Of a DNA stretch of 64,000 nucleotides, positions 24,560 to 36,587 are shown in pieces. How positions within the stretch are numbered: the stretch's first letter is position 1; every line of letters starts with the position of its first letter. The stretch is from NCBI GenBank assembly GCA_051047955.1, contig JBPGPT010000016.1, forward strand, positions 248,001 through 312,000. The letters are read 5' to 3'. The notes beneath the pieces were generated by a model. The model made no database searches and was not told the DNA's origin. It was given only the letters and a program-made list of their open reading frames with translations. Position numbers and translations under genes: made by a program. The stretch comes from Cystobasidiomycetes sp. EMM_F5 (taxonomy: Eukaryota).

Positions 24560-26392
24560 ATGACAGACAATGTCGCCCGTGGCATCTCCGCTCAAACTTC
24601 AGCGGTAGCGGCTGCAGCTGCGTTGTCCACTCCGCCAGCTTCGCCAGTCGCGGTTTCTGGACGTCACGGCCGTGGACTCAGTATCGACATCAAAGCTGCA
24701 TTTGAGTCTGGGCGTTCGCCCAGGAGTGCCGTCAACGGTAGTGCTCGAGACTGGGAGTCCCATCGACGCCTCCTTAGCGCGACATCTGATACTTCGGTAG
24801 CTTCGGATACTCCGTTACTGTCTCGAAGTGGACCCTCGCTGGATTTGGATGATATCGCCGAGTCTCGCGATGAGGCTGGCATTCTCGAGAGTACTGCCGA
24901 CGAACCTCTGCTCCGTAAGAGAGGGCCCAGAGGGCTATCTCTGTCAGGCGGACGTCGTGCAAGCGCTATCGCGATAAAGGCAACGAGGCAGGCTATCAAT
25001 GAAAATAAGGGTCTCTTTATGATTGCGGCATCGCAGTTACTATTCGCCCTTATGAATGCTCTGGTGAAGGTGCGTTCAGCGTGAAGCTATGCTGGCATGC
25101 CAATTGCTGAGGTTACATATAGTTGATGACACACGATCCTCGAGCCAAAGTGCCAACTGTACGCATCCTCTTTAGGCCGTTGTATGATTTCCAGACATGT
25201 CGGCTGATATTGCTTTGCTTATAACTTAGTGGGAGCTCATTCTTAGCCGGCAAAGTATCACCTGGTTCGGCTGCTACATCACCCTGCGTCTTCAACGTGT
25301 GCCAGATCCGTGCTGGGGGCCGAAGGAGGTCAGAGGATTGTTGTTTCTGCGCGGTGGGCATATTCTCGGAGTGGAATGATTCAATGACTGACGAAGCGCT
25401 GCCCTTGCAGGCTGCGCAGGATGCATCGGCCTGTTTTGTGCTTATACGTCCATTCAATATCTCAGCTTGAGTGATGCCGTCGTGTTACAGTGAGCAGATC
25501 GCATTGATTCTGCTCTGACCCTCTCACAAGTGTTCTGTGCAGGTTTCTCTCACCCGGAACAACAAGCATTGCTGCCTACTTCTTTCTGAATGAGCCCTAT
25601 GTACCTCGAGAAGCGATCTGCTGCCTGACATCCTTGGTTGGGACCCTCTTCGTAGCGCAGCCACGCTTTCTGTTCGGATCAGCGGTTTCAGATGGGGACG
25701 GCGTTACGGAAGAGGAGCGTGTCATGGCTGTCGGGATTGCGCTATTTGGCGTGGTCGGCTCTACGACTGCTTATACTACACTGCGAAAAATTGGAAAGAG
25801 GGCAAACGCTTTGCAAGGTGTCGAATACTTTGCTATCGGTTGTGAGCCGATCTACAACGCGGACGTCCAGAACGAAGCTTACCATCGCACTAGGCACGCT
25901 TATGAGCATTCTTATGCCACTTGTTTTGCCGAATCAGCCATATGTCCTTCCAGCCAAGCCGATCTTTTGGGCCTATCTCGCAGGCATTGTATGTCTCAAC
26001 GCATCTCAGCCGCCATAAATGATATTGACGCTCGCCGTGCCTCTTTAACCAGGGTATTGTCGGATTTATAGGACAAATGATAGTAGGCCGTGGTAAGCGT
26101 CTAATTTTGAGCAAACACGACAGCAGCTGATGTCAGACAATGTTCATTTACAGCTCTACAAGTAGGCTCTGCAGGACGATCTCTTCTGGGATCTTTCTCT
26201 GGCCTGCCGTTCGCGCTCGTCATTCAGTACATCATGTTTGGCGAGACTGTCAACTTGCTGTCCGGCATAGGCAGTGCCATCATTATCTGTAGCACCGTTT
26301 GGGTCGTTTTGACGAAGCAGAGTGCCAAACATGAGCTACCGGCCGAGACGGATAGCAGCACGGATCCACTTGTGAGCCGAAACAGATGCTAG
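24560..26392 (+). CDS. EamA/DMT family membrane transporter (many exons)
   Basis: NKGLFMIAASQLLFALMNALVK, PCWGPKEVRGLLFLR, QYLSLSDAVVL, FVAQPRFLFG, AYTTLRKIGKRA; multiple TMs. Confidence 0.85.
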
Positions 26393-26740
26393 CAGCTTGA
26401 GGCCGTGCTGAGGCCGCCCATTTTCTAGCTTTCTCATACAGATGTCGAGGCGGGTAAAGACCCTCGGCTTGCTGCTGGACAGACCACCTCGAATGTGTAG
26501 ACTAGCTGTATCGCATTGTCCAATTATGTAGCCATAGCCGATTAGCCATCATTAGCGATGAAAACGCATATCTCAAGCGGAGTCGCTTGGTTAAACTACG
26601 TTAATCCTGGGTATGGGTTATTTGGGAGAGCGAAAGTGGAGACGGTAGATTCTGGTGGCGAACTCAATGATTTCGCTCCAAATCGTCCCAGCTGCATTCA
26701 CTACTAACGCATCCTATACATACGTATACGTCGCAGTACA

Positions 26741-27862
26741 ATGCCTCACTTTGTGATAACTCCGTCAGCCTCTCCGTATGAAACATTGAAGCACTGCGTT
26801 GACTAATTCTGACCCGCTGCACATACTGAAACAACAGTGCGGCACTCACATGGAGCCCTCTCTTTGCTGTGAGTGATCAAATCGATATCTCTATGATTGC
26901 TTCCAACTCAAATCGCAGCGCAGGGCTACTATGCATACCTCGGCAAGCAGAGTCAAGTCGATACCTTCCGCTCATTTTGACGGCAGATGTTGTGACGCAG
27001 GGGGACAAGTATCTTTCTATCGTGTTCGGACTGGATATATGCTCGGTACCGGCGCTAATAATGCTGTCAAAGCTGGACGTTATCAGTCAGTGCTAAGCCT
27101 GGCCAGAAACATTCACAGACTTATACTACTTGTCGCAGGGAGGCGGAAGTAAAGACGGCGAAGGAGCATCACGAAGCCGAGCAGCGCTTACAAATGTAAG
27201 TCAAGCATCCGCACACGTCGATTGGCCTGACAAGGAAGGTTTCTACAGCGCCAGAAGTGCACATAGCAATTTCGCAGAGAATGTAGGTTGCAAAGTATTC
27301 CCTAGCACAAGGCTTGTCTAACTCGTCCATATTGAACTAGGTGCCCTTCTCTATGGGTCTCATGCTGATTGCGGAGATCAATGGTGCGCCTACATGGCTC
27401 ATGCATGCAGCGTAAGCCCTCAATGCTTCATGGGCCCTGTACATGTCTTGGCGCTCATCAACTCATGCAAACCAAGCTACGCATCGCTTTTCGCAGCAAG
27501 AGTCGCTCATGTGGTAAGGGAGAGAAACCCTCATATGTCCGTGTATAAAAATGCTAATTTGGAATTCAGGAATTGGGACTGAAACGCCAGGCAAGCAAGC
27601 GCGCACTGTAAAGAGCAATACCTAGCTTGACAACATGCCACCTCGACAGGATTCCGTCGGCCTTGGACGCCTACTGGGCTATTACTGGAATTTGCTTGGG
27701 ATCAATTTGGGGTTTGGAGCGTATAATTTCGCTTTGGGGTACGATGCACTGAAGGTGGGCTGCTCATTCTAAAGATATGCCGAACGACGCTGTAATATGC
27801 GTCACCGCGTTATCCAGACGTTCATTTTCCTCACTTGGAATCACGGCTTGTTCTTGCGATGA
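26741..27862 (+). CDS. MAPEG family membrane protein (about 10 very short exons; ends approximate)
   Basis: Spliced segments QVSFYRVRTGYMLGTG, RSAHSNFAENVPFSMGLMLIAEINGAP, LFAARVAH, GRLLG match the MAPEG AHxNFxE signature. Confidence 0.75.
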
Positions 27863-28038
27863 TCATGTCAATTGGTGAAACGAGTGAGAGTGGGGTGTTG
27901 ACATTGGAGGATATGCGTGGAGACTGCGTAAAGTCATTCTAGCCATACACTACAGTGTGTATGTTTTTACAGTCTGCAAATCAGCACGCTGTCAGTGTGA
28001 CAATAGCAGGCATGCAAAGCAGGAGCCTACCTAGCACA

Positions 28039-28486
28039 TCATTCCTTGAGGATTGCAAGAATCTCGCTATCCCTTAATAGCGTATACTCGTCCTCCCCAA
28101 CTTTGATGCTCTGTCCACCGAATCCTGGTAACAGGACCTTGTCTCCGGCTTTCACGCTCAGAGGCAAGAGGTTTCCCTTCTTGTCCTTTGCACCTGGTCC
28201 TACAGCAATAACCTGAGCCTCTGGGCTGTTCTTGTCTGTTGACGATGTCGGCAGGAATATGCCAGATGCAGTCTGATGGTCACAAAAAAGCACAAATGTT
28301 AGAAGACAGTCTGTGCAGGAGACAGCGTACCATCGGACGGCACCTTTTGTTGCGGCTGTATTCTCTGCACTAGGACGCGATCCAACAATGGCGCTACTGC
28401 GCGGATGCTCTTGATGGTGAGAGACTGCGATGATGACCAAAGTTTAGCAAAGTCGGATAAAGTACAGCTTTGCAGCGAATTACCAT
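28039..28486 (-). CDS. HSP10: Mitochondrial co-chaperonin HSP10 (GroES family)
   Basis: ATG|intron, then IKSIRAVAPLLDRVLVQR, TASGIFLP, VIAVGPG, VKAGDKVLLPGFGG, RDSEILA. Confidence 0.96.
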
Positions 28487-29106
28487 TGCGGGATGGAGGC
28501 AGAATCGGGTAGATTCGTCAACGACAGAGAAGATGGAGCAACAAGAAGGAGCAATGGCAACCTTTGTTCTGATTCCAGTAATTTCCCTGATCGGTACAGA
28601 CAGCTTGCGAACCAGCCAACACCCGACAAGCCGGCTTGCTTGCAACCGACTAGTACCATGGACTCTCTGATACGACCGTCAACATTGCGCACCTCGCTCG
28701 CCTGGTACATTTGCCCTAGGTAGGAAAAGGGCCAAATTTCCAGGCCCTTGATCCGCTCAAACGAGGAGCTTTGTTCAGCCTTGAGACACAATGATGGACA
28801 GTCTGAGACTCGTACAGGGGGATCTGGTCTCGTAGGTGGACAAATTGGCCTCGTACCTTCGAATTCAATGTCTTCAAACAAATCACGTGGTTTGTAGTCT
28901 ACTATGAATCTGCACTGTCCGCCAGACTCGGATTGCAAGCTTGTCATCCAGCATCCTTCAGAACATCGAGTGTCTCCCTGTATGCGCATTTGGCTATGGC
29001 ACTGACGCCGCATTAAAGCTGCAGACCAACGTCGGGTAGCCCGAACCCGACTAGCCGGCTCGGTCATAGCTACAGCTTGGTTTCGTTCCAATCAGCATAA
29101 GCAAAC

Positions 29107-30333
29107 ATGGCTCCCTCATTATCTGAGGTCATTTCTGTTCGGCCCACCGATGAAAAGGATGTTTTTATGGGCGTGTCGAAAGCTGCAAAGATGGGCAACA
29201 CGGCTCCATTGGCGTACGTTTTCAGAGTATCACCGTCCAGACCTTGCTGACAGAATCGTGAACAGATTTGGAGGATGTGTTATGAGCCAGTGTATCAGCG
29301 CGGGTTTCGCTTCATTACCTCCAGAAACATCCGGTCCACATTACGAATTGTACTCCGTGTCTGGCGCGTTTCTGGGACCGACGAGTACCGAAGTTCTCAT
29401 ACGGTTCACCGTGGAGCATATAAGGGATACAAAGTCTTTTGCGACGCGGAAAGTCGATGCTTGGCAAGACGTGCCGAGTAAACAGGACAAGACCAAGCTC
29501 GAGAGGAGAAGAGTCATGACCATGCTGCTCGACTTTCAAGTGAGAGAATCGCACAGCGCGTACGAGTTTGCGCGTCTGCCTGTGCATGCCGATACGAGGG
29601 CAATAGCCAAATCTACCAAAGGCGAAAAGCAAGATCCATCAGCATTCAGAGAAGCAATTCGTGGTTTCTACGGCTCTCCAGACACAAATCCTTCGTTGGA
29701 ACAGTATTGGAAGGATACGGATGTACCTCAGCAGCTCATCCGCCGATACCTCAACATGTTCCCCCTCTTCTTGCCGTACTACGATTTGAGGGCTGTGCCG
29801 AACAGCATGGCTGCCCAAAAGATGTTTGGGATCAACAGGCATGCCAAAACCAGCCAGGACGAAGAGCTTCTGAGCAAGCGAAATTCTGCTATGTGGTTCA
29901 AGACGAAAGACGCAAGCGCGCTAAGTCAAAGAGGCCTCACCGAAGCCAGCATGGCGTAAGTAGGTGTTGCACAAGAGCTCGCCTTCGTCTATGCTGAAAC
30001 TCATTACCTGGACGTAGTTTCTACATGGACGGCGCACTCGCATTCATTACTTTGACACTTACACACCAATTCCTCGCGTCAGTAGCCGCAGTATCGTCAC
30101 TGGAATTTTCATTGCGTTTTCTGCATCCTCCGCAAGCTGGTCAATGGATGTTGCAAGAACAGGTCGTCGAGTCTGGAAACAGCGGCCGGACCTTTGGGAT
30201 AGGGAGAGTCTGGGATACGGACGGCAGGCTCGTTGCTCACATGTCGCAAGTCGCCATCATGCGACCGTATCCAGACGAAAAGACAAAGGCGATGGCAGAG
30301 GGCAAGGCTGAGAAGATGTGGGCGAAATTATGA
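29107..30333 (+). CDS. Acyl-CoA thioesterase II (TesB/TES1 family), peroxisomal PTS1 -AKL
   Basis: FGGCVMSQ, FLGP, IRDTKSFATRKV, FYMDGAL, SLEFSLRF, GRVWDTDGRLVAHMSQ; ends AKL*. Confidence 0.88.
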
Positions 30334-30705
30334 TGGGCGAAAATAGTGCGGGCGGAATGCAGAGTGCGTGTTGCGCACGACTGCGCTAGCTGTATACACT
30401 GCAGTCACTTGGATCAACAGCGTAAAATAATCATTCACCATAGCATTTAGAGGCATGGCATTGCAAAGAGCATCAGAGACGCTGTAAAGACAACGAGAAA
30501 GCGGATATTGTTACAACGATAATATGAAAGGACTGGGTCATGTACTTCTTTCGCAAATTCGTTATCTCGTAGAATTGCAAGACTCGGCACGTAAAGCGCA
30601 GATGCAAAATGTGCGGGGTGAGGAAGAAGCTTCCATCCTCCTTGCAGGTCCGCGCATTGTCGTTGATGTCATTGTTGAGCGGAGACGATATTGATGGGAA
30701 TGCGA

Positions 30706-31879
30706 TCAATCATCGTCCATCGGCAGATCCGAAAAGTCGTAGTCTGCAATAGAGATTGGAACCCCATTCGATGTATCGATGCTGTCCATGTCACCCGGGC
30801 TATCGGCATGTGCAGGATCAAGTATAGCAGCCGGTCTCGGCAAGTTTGCAGATAGGCACGCATGGCATGTTGGAACGCCTGCTGGCGACCTGCAGAATGT
30901 ACAGACAATCAGTGAGCTTAGAGGCGGAGACGATCGAGTATATATGAAACGCACTCGATTGAGCATTCGCGACATACCACCTTTCCGCAACAATGTCGTG
31001 GCGACGGAACAAAAGAGTCGACCAATTCTGCTTCCTGTCTATCTACGTTGCTGATGAACCCATCTGAGCTCTTGCCCCTCTTGATGACAGCAGAGTGCGA
31101 TGAGCCGTTTGCGAATGAACCTGGATAGAGCGAGCCAGCTGCGCCGCACGTCCTCTGGCAAATTGCGCATGCTGGACCTGCACATAGTTGACATCTCTTG
31201 AATTTTGCGAGAGCTATCGTCGATGTCGCTGTGCGTTTGCACGTTACGCATGTTCTGTGTTCAAGGCTTGTTCCACCTAGTTGGAGTGGATCATCCAAGA
31301 CTTGCGGAGTTCCATTGAGGGATATCGCTGGCGGTGATGGGACGAGGCGATACAACGGTGCTCGTTTGAACGCTGCAAGATGGTGATGGTAGGTGGGTTT
31401 TGGCGTCACGATGGCGGGACTCGACGTCGCAAAGCTGGGTGATGGCATGGCTGATGACGAAGCTGAGAGGAGTGGCACAGACGCTGACGGCTGTGTGACG
31501 ATTCTGCCAGTAGACGAGGATATCAATGGCATCGAGTTGCAGCTTCTCGACAGGCTCGGTCTGGCTAGCGGGTGCTGGGCGGCCAGTCTTGTCCGCTTGG
31601 AACCTGCCAGCGGTCTGTTACCGGTGTGACCTATCAAACACGTCAGTCACAGTACAGCGGCATTGTCTCAGCATGTCGAGTAGATATAGCACGCGCAGTC
31701 GCGTGCTGAAGCTCACCTGCACCCGATGAGCTCGACGAAGGTGACGACGACGGTGATGGCGAGGAGCGGCGTCCATTCGGAGCGAGCTTGCGCTTTCTAC
31801 TTGGCGAAAACGAGACAAGGGACGGTGAGGCTGCCATGACTGGCTCTGATGGATGCTGCACCTGCTGGTCGCAGTCCAT
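30706..31879 (-). CDS. Zn-finger protein with SIVA-like cysteine pattern (3 exons)
   Basis: CVTC..CQLC..ACAICQRTC..CGKVVCRECSIE|SPAGVPTCHAC after splicing; Ser/Pro-rich N-terminus with RKRK. Confidence 0.65.
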
Positions 31880-32258
31880 GGCACCCGACTTGGCCAGCTT
31901 CGAATGGTCGACCGAAGCAAGAAAACACCGGTATCACTGAAAACGCCTCTCTGAAACTCCGCCGACCAGTCAGTGCTTGTATAGGAGTGCTGCGAGCTCT
32001 GCAGCAGTCGCCTGTCACCAAGATATGGACATATGTTGGTTGGAAATTGAGCTAGATGTGCTGAAATCCAGTCCAGTTTTGTACTTGGAGCTTTCGGATT
32101 TCTTGTTGGTCGCGTAAAGGAGCGAGCCGATCAGGGTTAGAAACAGCTTGACGTCTTTCAATACAAAAGCAAAGCCAACGCTCTACCTGCAATCACTGTT
32201 CTGCCCATAGCTGCTTGGATAGTCCAGTCCGAGTCCATGCCCGCTCTCAAGTCCAACA

Positions 32259-35200
32259 ATGCCGCCGAAAGCTCTGCTGGACCATACAACGGCGTACGCT
32301 CGAAAACATCATGGCAAGACGCACGTCAAAGAAACGGTCAACGGCGAGACAGAGCTGGCCAGGAATGTCGAGAGGCTGATAGCGGTCTGTGAGTTGCGCG
32401 AAAGGACGAGATAAATGCCGCGAGAATGGCTCAATTGCTATTTTGTCAGTCATGACTGCGCTGTCTGATAGACAAGGCCACACATACGCTAAACTCGTCG
32501 AGACTCATCCGGAGATCAGAGAAGTTATAAGTCAGCTATAGTTTAGGTCCAGTAGTCTGTCCGTCATGCTGATGCATTCCTACCAACGACTATCAACAGA
32601 AAGCCTAGCGTGGTCCAAGCAGAAGATTCTCGCAGTACTTCAAGGATACGAGAATATGCTATTCAAGAAGATGTCAGATGGACGGATAATGCTCGCCATT
32701 CGTCCCAGCTATCAGCCGGAAGGCGGATTCCAATATCCCGAGAACAGTAAAAGCGCGACTGTAAGCAAGACCAACGGCAGTAAGGCTGCAACATCTACAG
32801 CAGAAGGCAAAGTAAATGACAGCGATAGCGAAACGGAGTCATCGGATTCATCCGCTGACCGCCAAGCGAGCACTTCTAATCCCTTTGCGCCAACTTCGCC
32901 CAACCGAAAACGGGTCATACGAACGCATCCAGCAGATGACGATGAGCAGACGGCATCGATAAAGAATTCAGCTTGGGCGCCGCGAAAGCCAGAACTGCGG
33001 GTGGGATCCGTCAAGAATACCTTGTCATCTAGCCTTACGAAAGCATCCGCAAAGTCTCCACTATTCAAAGAGTCTTTGGCAGATAAAGCTAGACGTCAGT
33101 CAGCAACGGCGAGCCCTGCCAGATCTGCATCACGTCGAGCAGTTTCTGCGAGTGCAAGGGAAGATACACCGGTTCATGTTACAGCTAGCGTTCCCTCTCT
33201 TGGCGCTGATGAGGGGCGAAGCTCCCCGGCTGGCTCTAGTCGGAATGAGAGTACTGGACTCAGACAAAGTCCCGCTGCTCATGCTTCAAATACTACGTCT
33301 ACAAGGCTCTCCGCAAAAGGCAAAGAGCGCGCCCTCGATCAAGATAGCACGCAAGAGCAGGCCTTAGCAGACCCGATAGCGTTGACCGCTGCTCAAGACA
33401 GCCATAGTAGGGATAATACGGATTTTACACATATGCGGAACGTCAGCGCCGACCTGAACATTGACGAAGTTGGCGATTCGCAAGATGCTGACGCTACGCA
33501 AGGCAGTAGCGTACCGAAGTCTGCTGCACATACCACGGAGACGGTAGAGGATGACCTTGATCGTCCGAGGCAGCATTCCATGCAATACGAAGAACTAGAT
33601 GACGATTCGGATGAAGCATCTGCCTCAGTATCTCGGCCGCCGGTCCAACTACCCAAAGCGACTTTACATACCTTCAGGGTTCCAATATCTCCGACGCTGT
33701 CTGCGGACTTCGTTGAAGATACGCAATTTGTACAACCTTTAGCGAATTCGCTAGGTAATAGCTTCGATGCTGCTTCTTACAGCCAGCAACTCGATGATCA
33801 GAATGCCTGGAGCATCAATGCTGAGAAAACGTCTACTGGAGATTTGCATAATACTGCGCCATTGTCCGATCATTCAGACATGGCAGACACGACCGTCGTT
33901 CCTGCCGATGACGATACCACGGCAGATGACCCGTCCGGGGACGCGCTCGTAATCGCAACAGATATACCTGTCGCTACGGGCTCTGCACCATTTCGAAAAT
34001 CCCGCAGGAGGGATGACAAGCCGACTAGTGCCGGACATCGCCGAATACCGTCCACGGCTGCGACAGCTGCAACTAATCACACAGGGTCTTTAGATGAGAA
34101 CAACGGGGATGGCGATCAAGGCGAAGAGCATGATCCATCCAATATGCGGAATTTGTCACCTCAAAGCAAACGCAGAGAACGGGAGCGTATATTACCAGCA
34201 CCTCTACTGGACGGGTATGGCGCAGCGCGAGCTGCTGGAGGTCACGCTATAGCAATTACACTCAGCACTGAAGACGAGACTTCTACTCGCGCATCTTCGG
34301 CAGTTGCGCAAGACGACGACGAGCTGCTTCAGGTGGACTCGTTGGCGCCAACTTCTTTCAAGCCCACGAAAGCTGCGCGAAAGCGTTCCGTAGCGCCGGA
34401 TCGGACTCAAACTCGCGAAGCCTCGCTCCGACCGCCTGAAGACGAAGAAGACGATGTAGTCTTTGTGGCAGCGCGCCCTCATGGGGCTCCTCCCGAACCT
34501 CCGCGAAAGACAAAAGCTGAGAGAGAGCAGGAGCGCCTTGAAAAGGAGAAACGTCGTGAGGAGAGGCGAGCGCGGAAGCGCAAGAAGCCTCTGCCCACTT
34601 TCAGGCATACGATTGATGAGGAACATGAGGAATTAATGGAGGCATATCGCATACGCAAGGAGCAAATCACACAAATGGGTACGCCGGAGGTGTCCAGTTG
34701 GGAAGTCATGTGTTCATACGAAGAACCCAAGGGAACGAATCGCTCAACAACCGTATTCAACTCGGTCAAGTTTTGGCCATATCATCTGCCCTATCCAGGT
34801 CGCTTGGAGAATGAAGCTATCGTTGCCGTAGCGGGAGGTTGCCTCGTCCGCTGCTTCCGCTTGTCCGAAGAGCGAGGCGTTCAAGAATTATGGTGCGCGG
34901 TTGACGAATCGTCGGAATGGCCAAAGGAGGAGTATCAAGAGAATTTCCATACGCTAGACTGGACATACGAGATACGCGATGACCCAGACATTGACGCAAC
35001 GTGGCGTAAGTGGCCTCTACTGCTGGTAGCTGGACGTGGTAAGGAGATCAAGGTGTTAGACGGATACGCCGGTACGACTGCAAAGATAATACAAGGGCAT
35101 GGTGCGGTACGTGGACTTGGCTCATACACATTGCCGCCACTGCATGTAAGCTAACTTTCGGGTTGGCAGGACATCACCTGTCTGGCTGTACACCCAGCAT

Positions 35201-36502
35201 TACCGCATGTGGTAGCAACTGCATCCATTGACGAGTCTATATCATTGTGGGACATTAGTGTCCCGGTCACAAAGCCTGACGCCATCCCAAAGTACGGTAA
35301 CGAAGCTGAAGAGGGCAAGCGGCGAAAGCCGTATGCGGAAGGCGAGCGGCTTTGCGTTTACGGAGGCTACGGTGGTCACGTTGAAGCAGCCTTCTCTGTG
35401 GTAAGTTCTGCAAGTGTTTCAGGCGCGTCTCATTCTTGAAGCTGACTGACCATCTCATCAAGGCATTTCATCCTTGTCTCCCACTCATAGCTTCTGGCGG
35501 CGTCGACTGTAAACTAAGAATCTGGCGCTTACCTGCCGTGTTACCCTTACAGCCACTGTCGCGTCTACTCAAGCCCATCTCGGTTCCACTGCCCGAATCA
35601 TCGAAGCGACCTCCATGCATCAGCTTTCCTATATATACTCACGACTCGCTACACTCGCATCATATTGACCATGTCGCCTTTATCGGCAGTGACGGTACCA
35701 TGCTCACACGGTCCTCATGCTTCGATTCGCCAGGAAAGCGGGTCATTCGAATCTTCCGGCCTAAATTCTTTGAGCACCCACAAATGGCACTTGAGCTCGA
35801 CTGCCTCGGCGCAGACCTGATTCTGCCGAGCGATGTCCAGATGATAGCCAGATGGACTGTTGCGGGTTGCTCAGAGAATATAGGGGACGGCGGAGCATGC
35901 CTTGCCAGCGAGATCGAGTTCGATAAGGTGACTCATCAGTTCCGAAATCGGAGTCGGCTGTATGTCCCTTCCACCGAGCCGATGATCCATGCATACGACG
36001 TCGATATACGGTCGATACAGCCCGATCTGGATGCGCAGAAACAGCAGTACAAGACCAAAGTTGGTGACGAGATCATTCGAGATATCGATGACACTAAGGA
36101 CTGTCAGCTGAGAGCGCTAGCATGCCAGACTGGTGGGTCGGGTTGGCTCGTTGGAGTGGGTGAGCTGGAGAAGTTTTGCGTGTGGAAGCGTAAATCATCA
36201 TCGAATTTGAAGGTAAGTTTTGCTGTGCACGCAAAAATTGAAAAAGTCGCTGACACCGCTCGCCCTTGGAGCTTCAGATACGAGACATATTGTCAGGGCG
36301 AGCACAGGCTTTACAGAATGGCCATACGAACGGACATACTTCACCGGAACCGCTTCGTGAAGCGGAGGAACCAGCATTCGAGGAGACGTATATGATTAGC
36401 GAGAGCATCTACCCAGTACAGCCGGCGGCCAACGGGCATGCATCGCCAAATACGGCGTCAATAGCTTATAACGAGCGCTCGCCATCAGTCGAATATGTAT
36501 AG
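32259..36502 (+). CDS. EED: EED/ESC-like Polycomb WD40 protein with long N-terminal extension
   Basis: C-terminal WD40 with EED-type blocks ENFHTLDW, PLLLVAGRG.IKVLD, GHG.DI..LAVHP, ASIDESISLWDI, YGGYGGH, SGGVDCKLRIW, FP..LHSHHIDHV; ATG 32259 splices in frame. Confidence 0.75.
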
Positions 36503-36587
36503 CCAGGTACCGTGCTACAGCATAATGAGGGATACAGTACAACGCGACTCGGATGAGCGACTGAATACCCATACACTGAGTTCGTGA

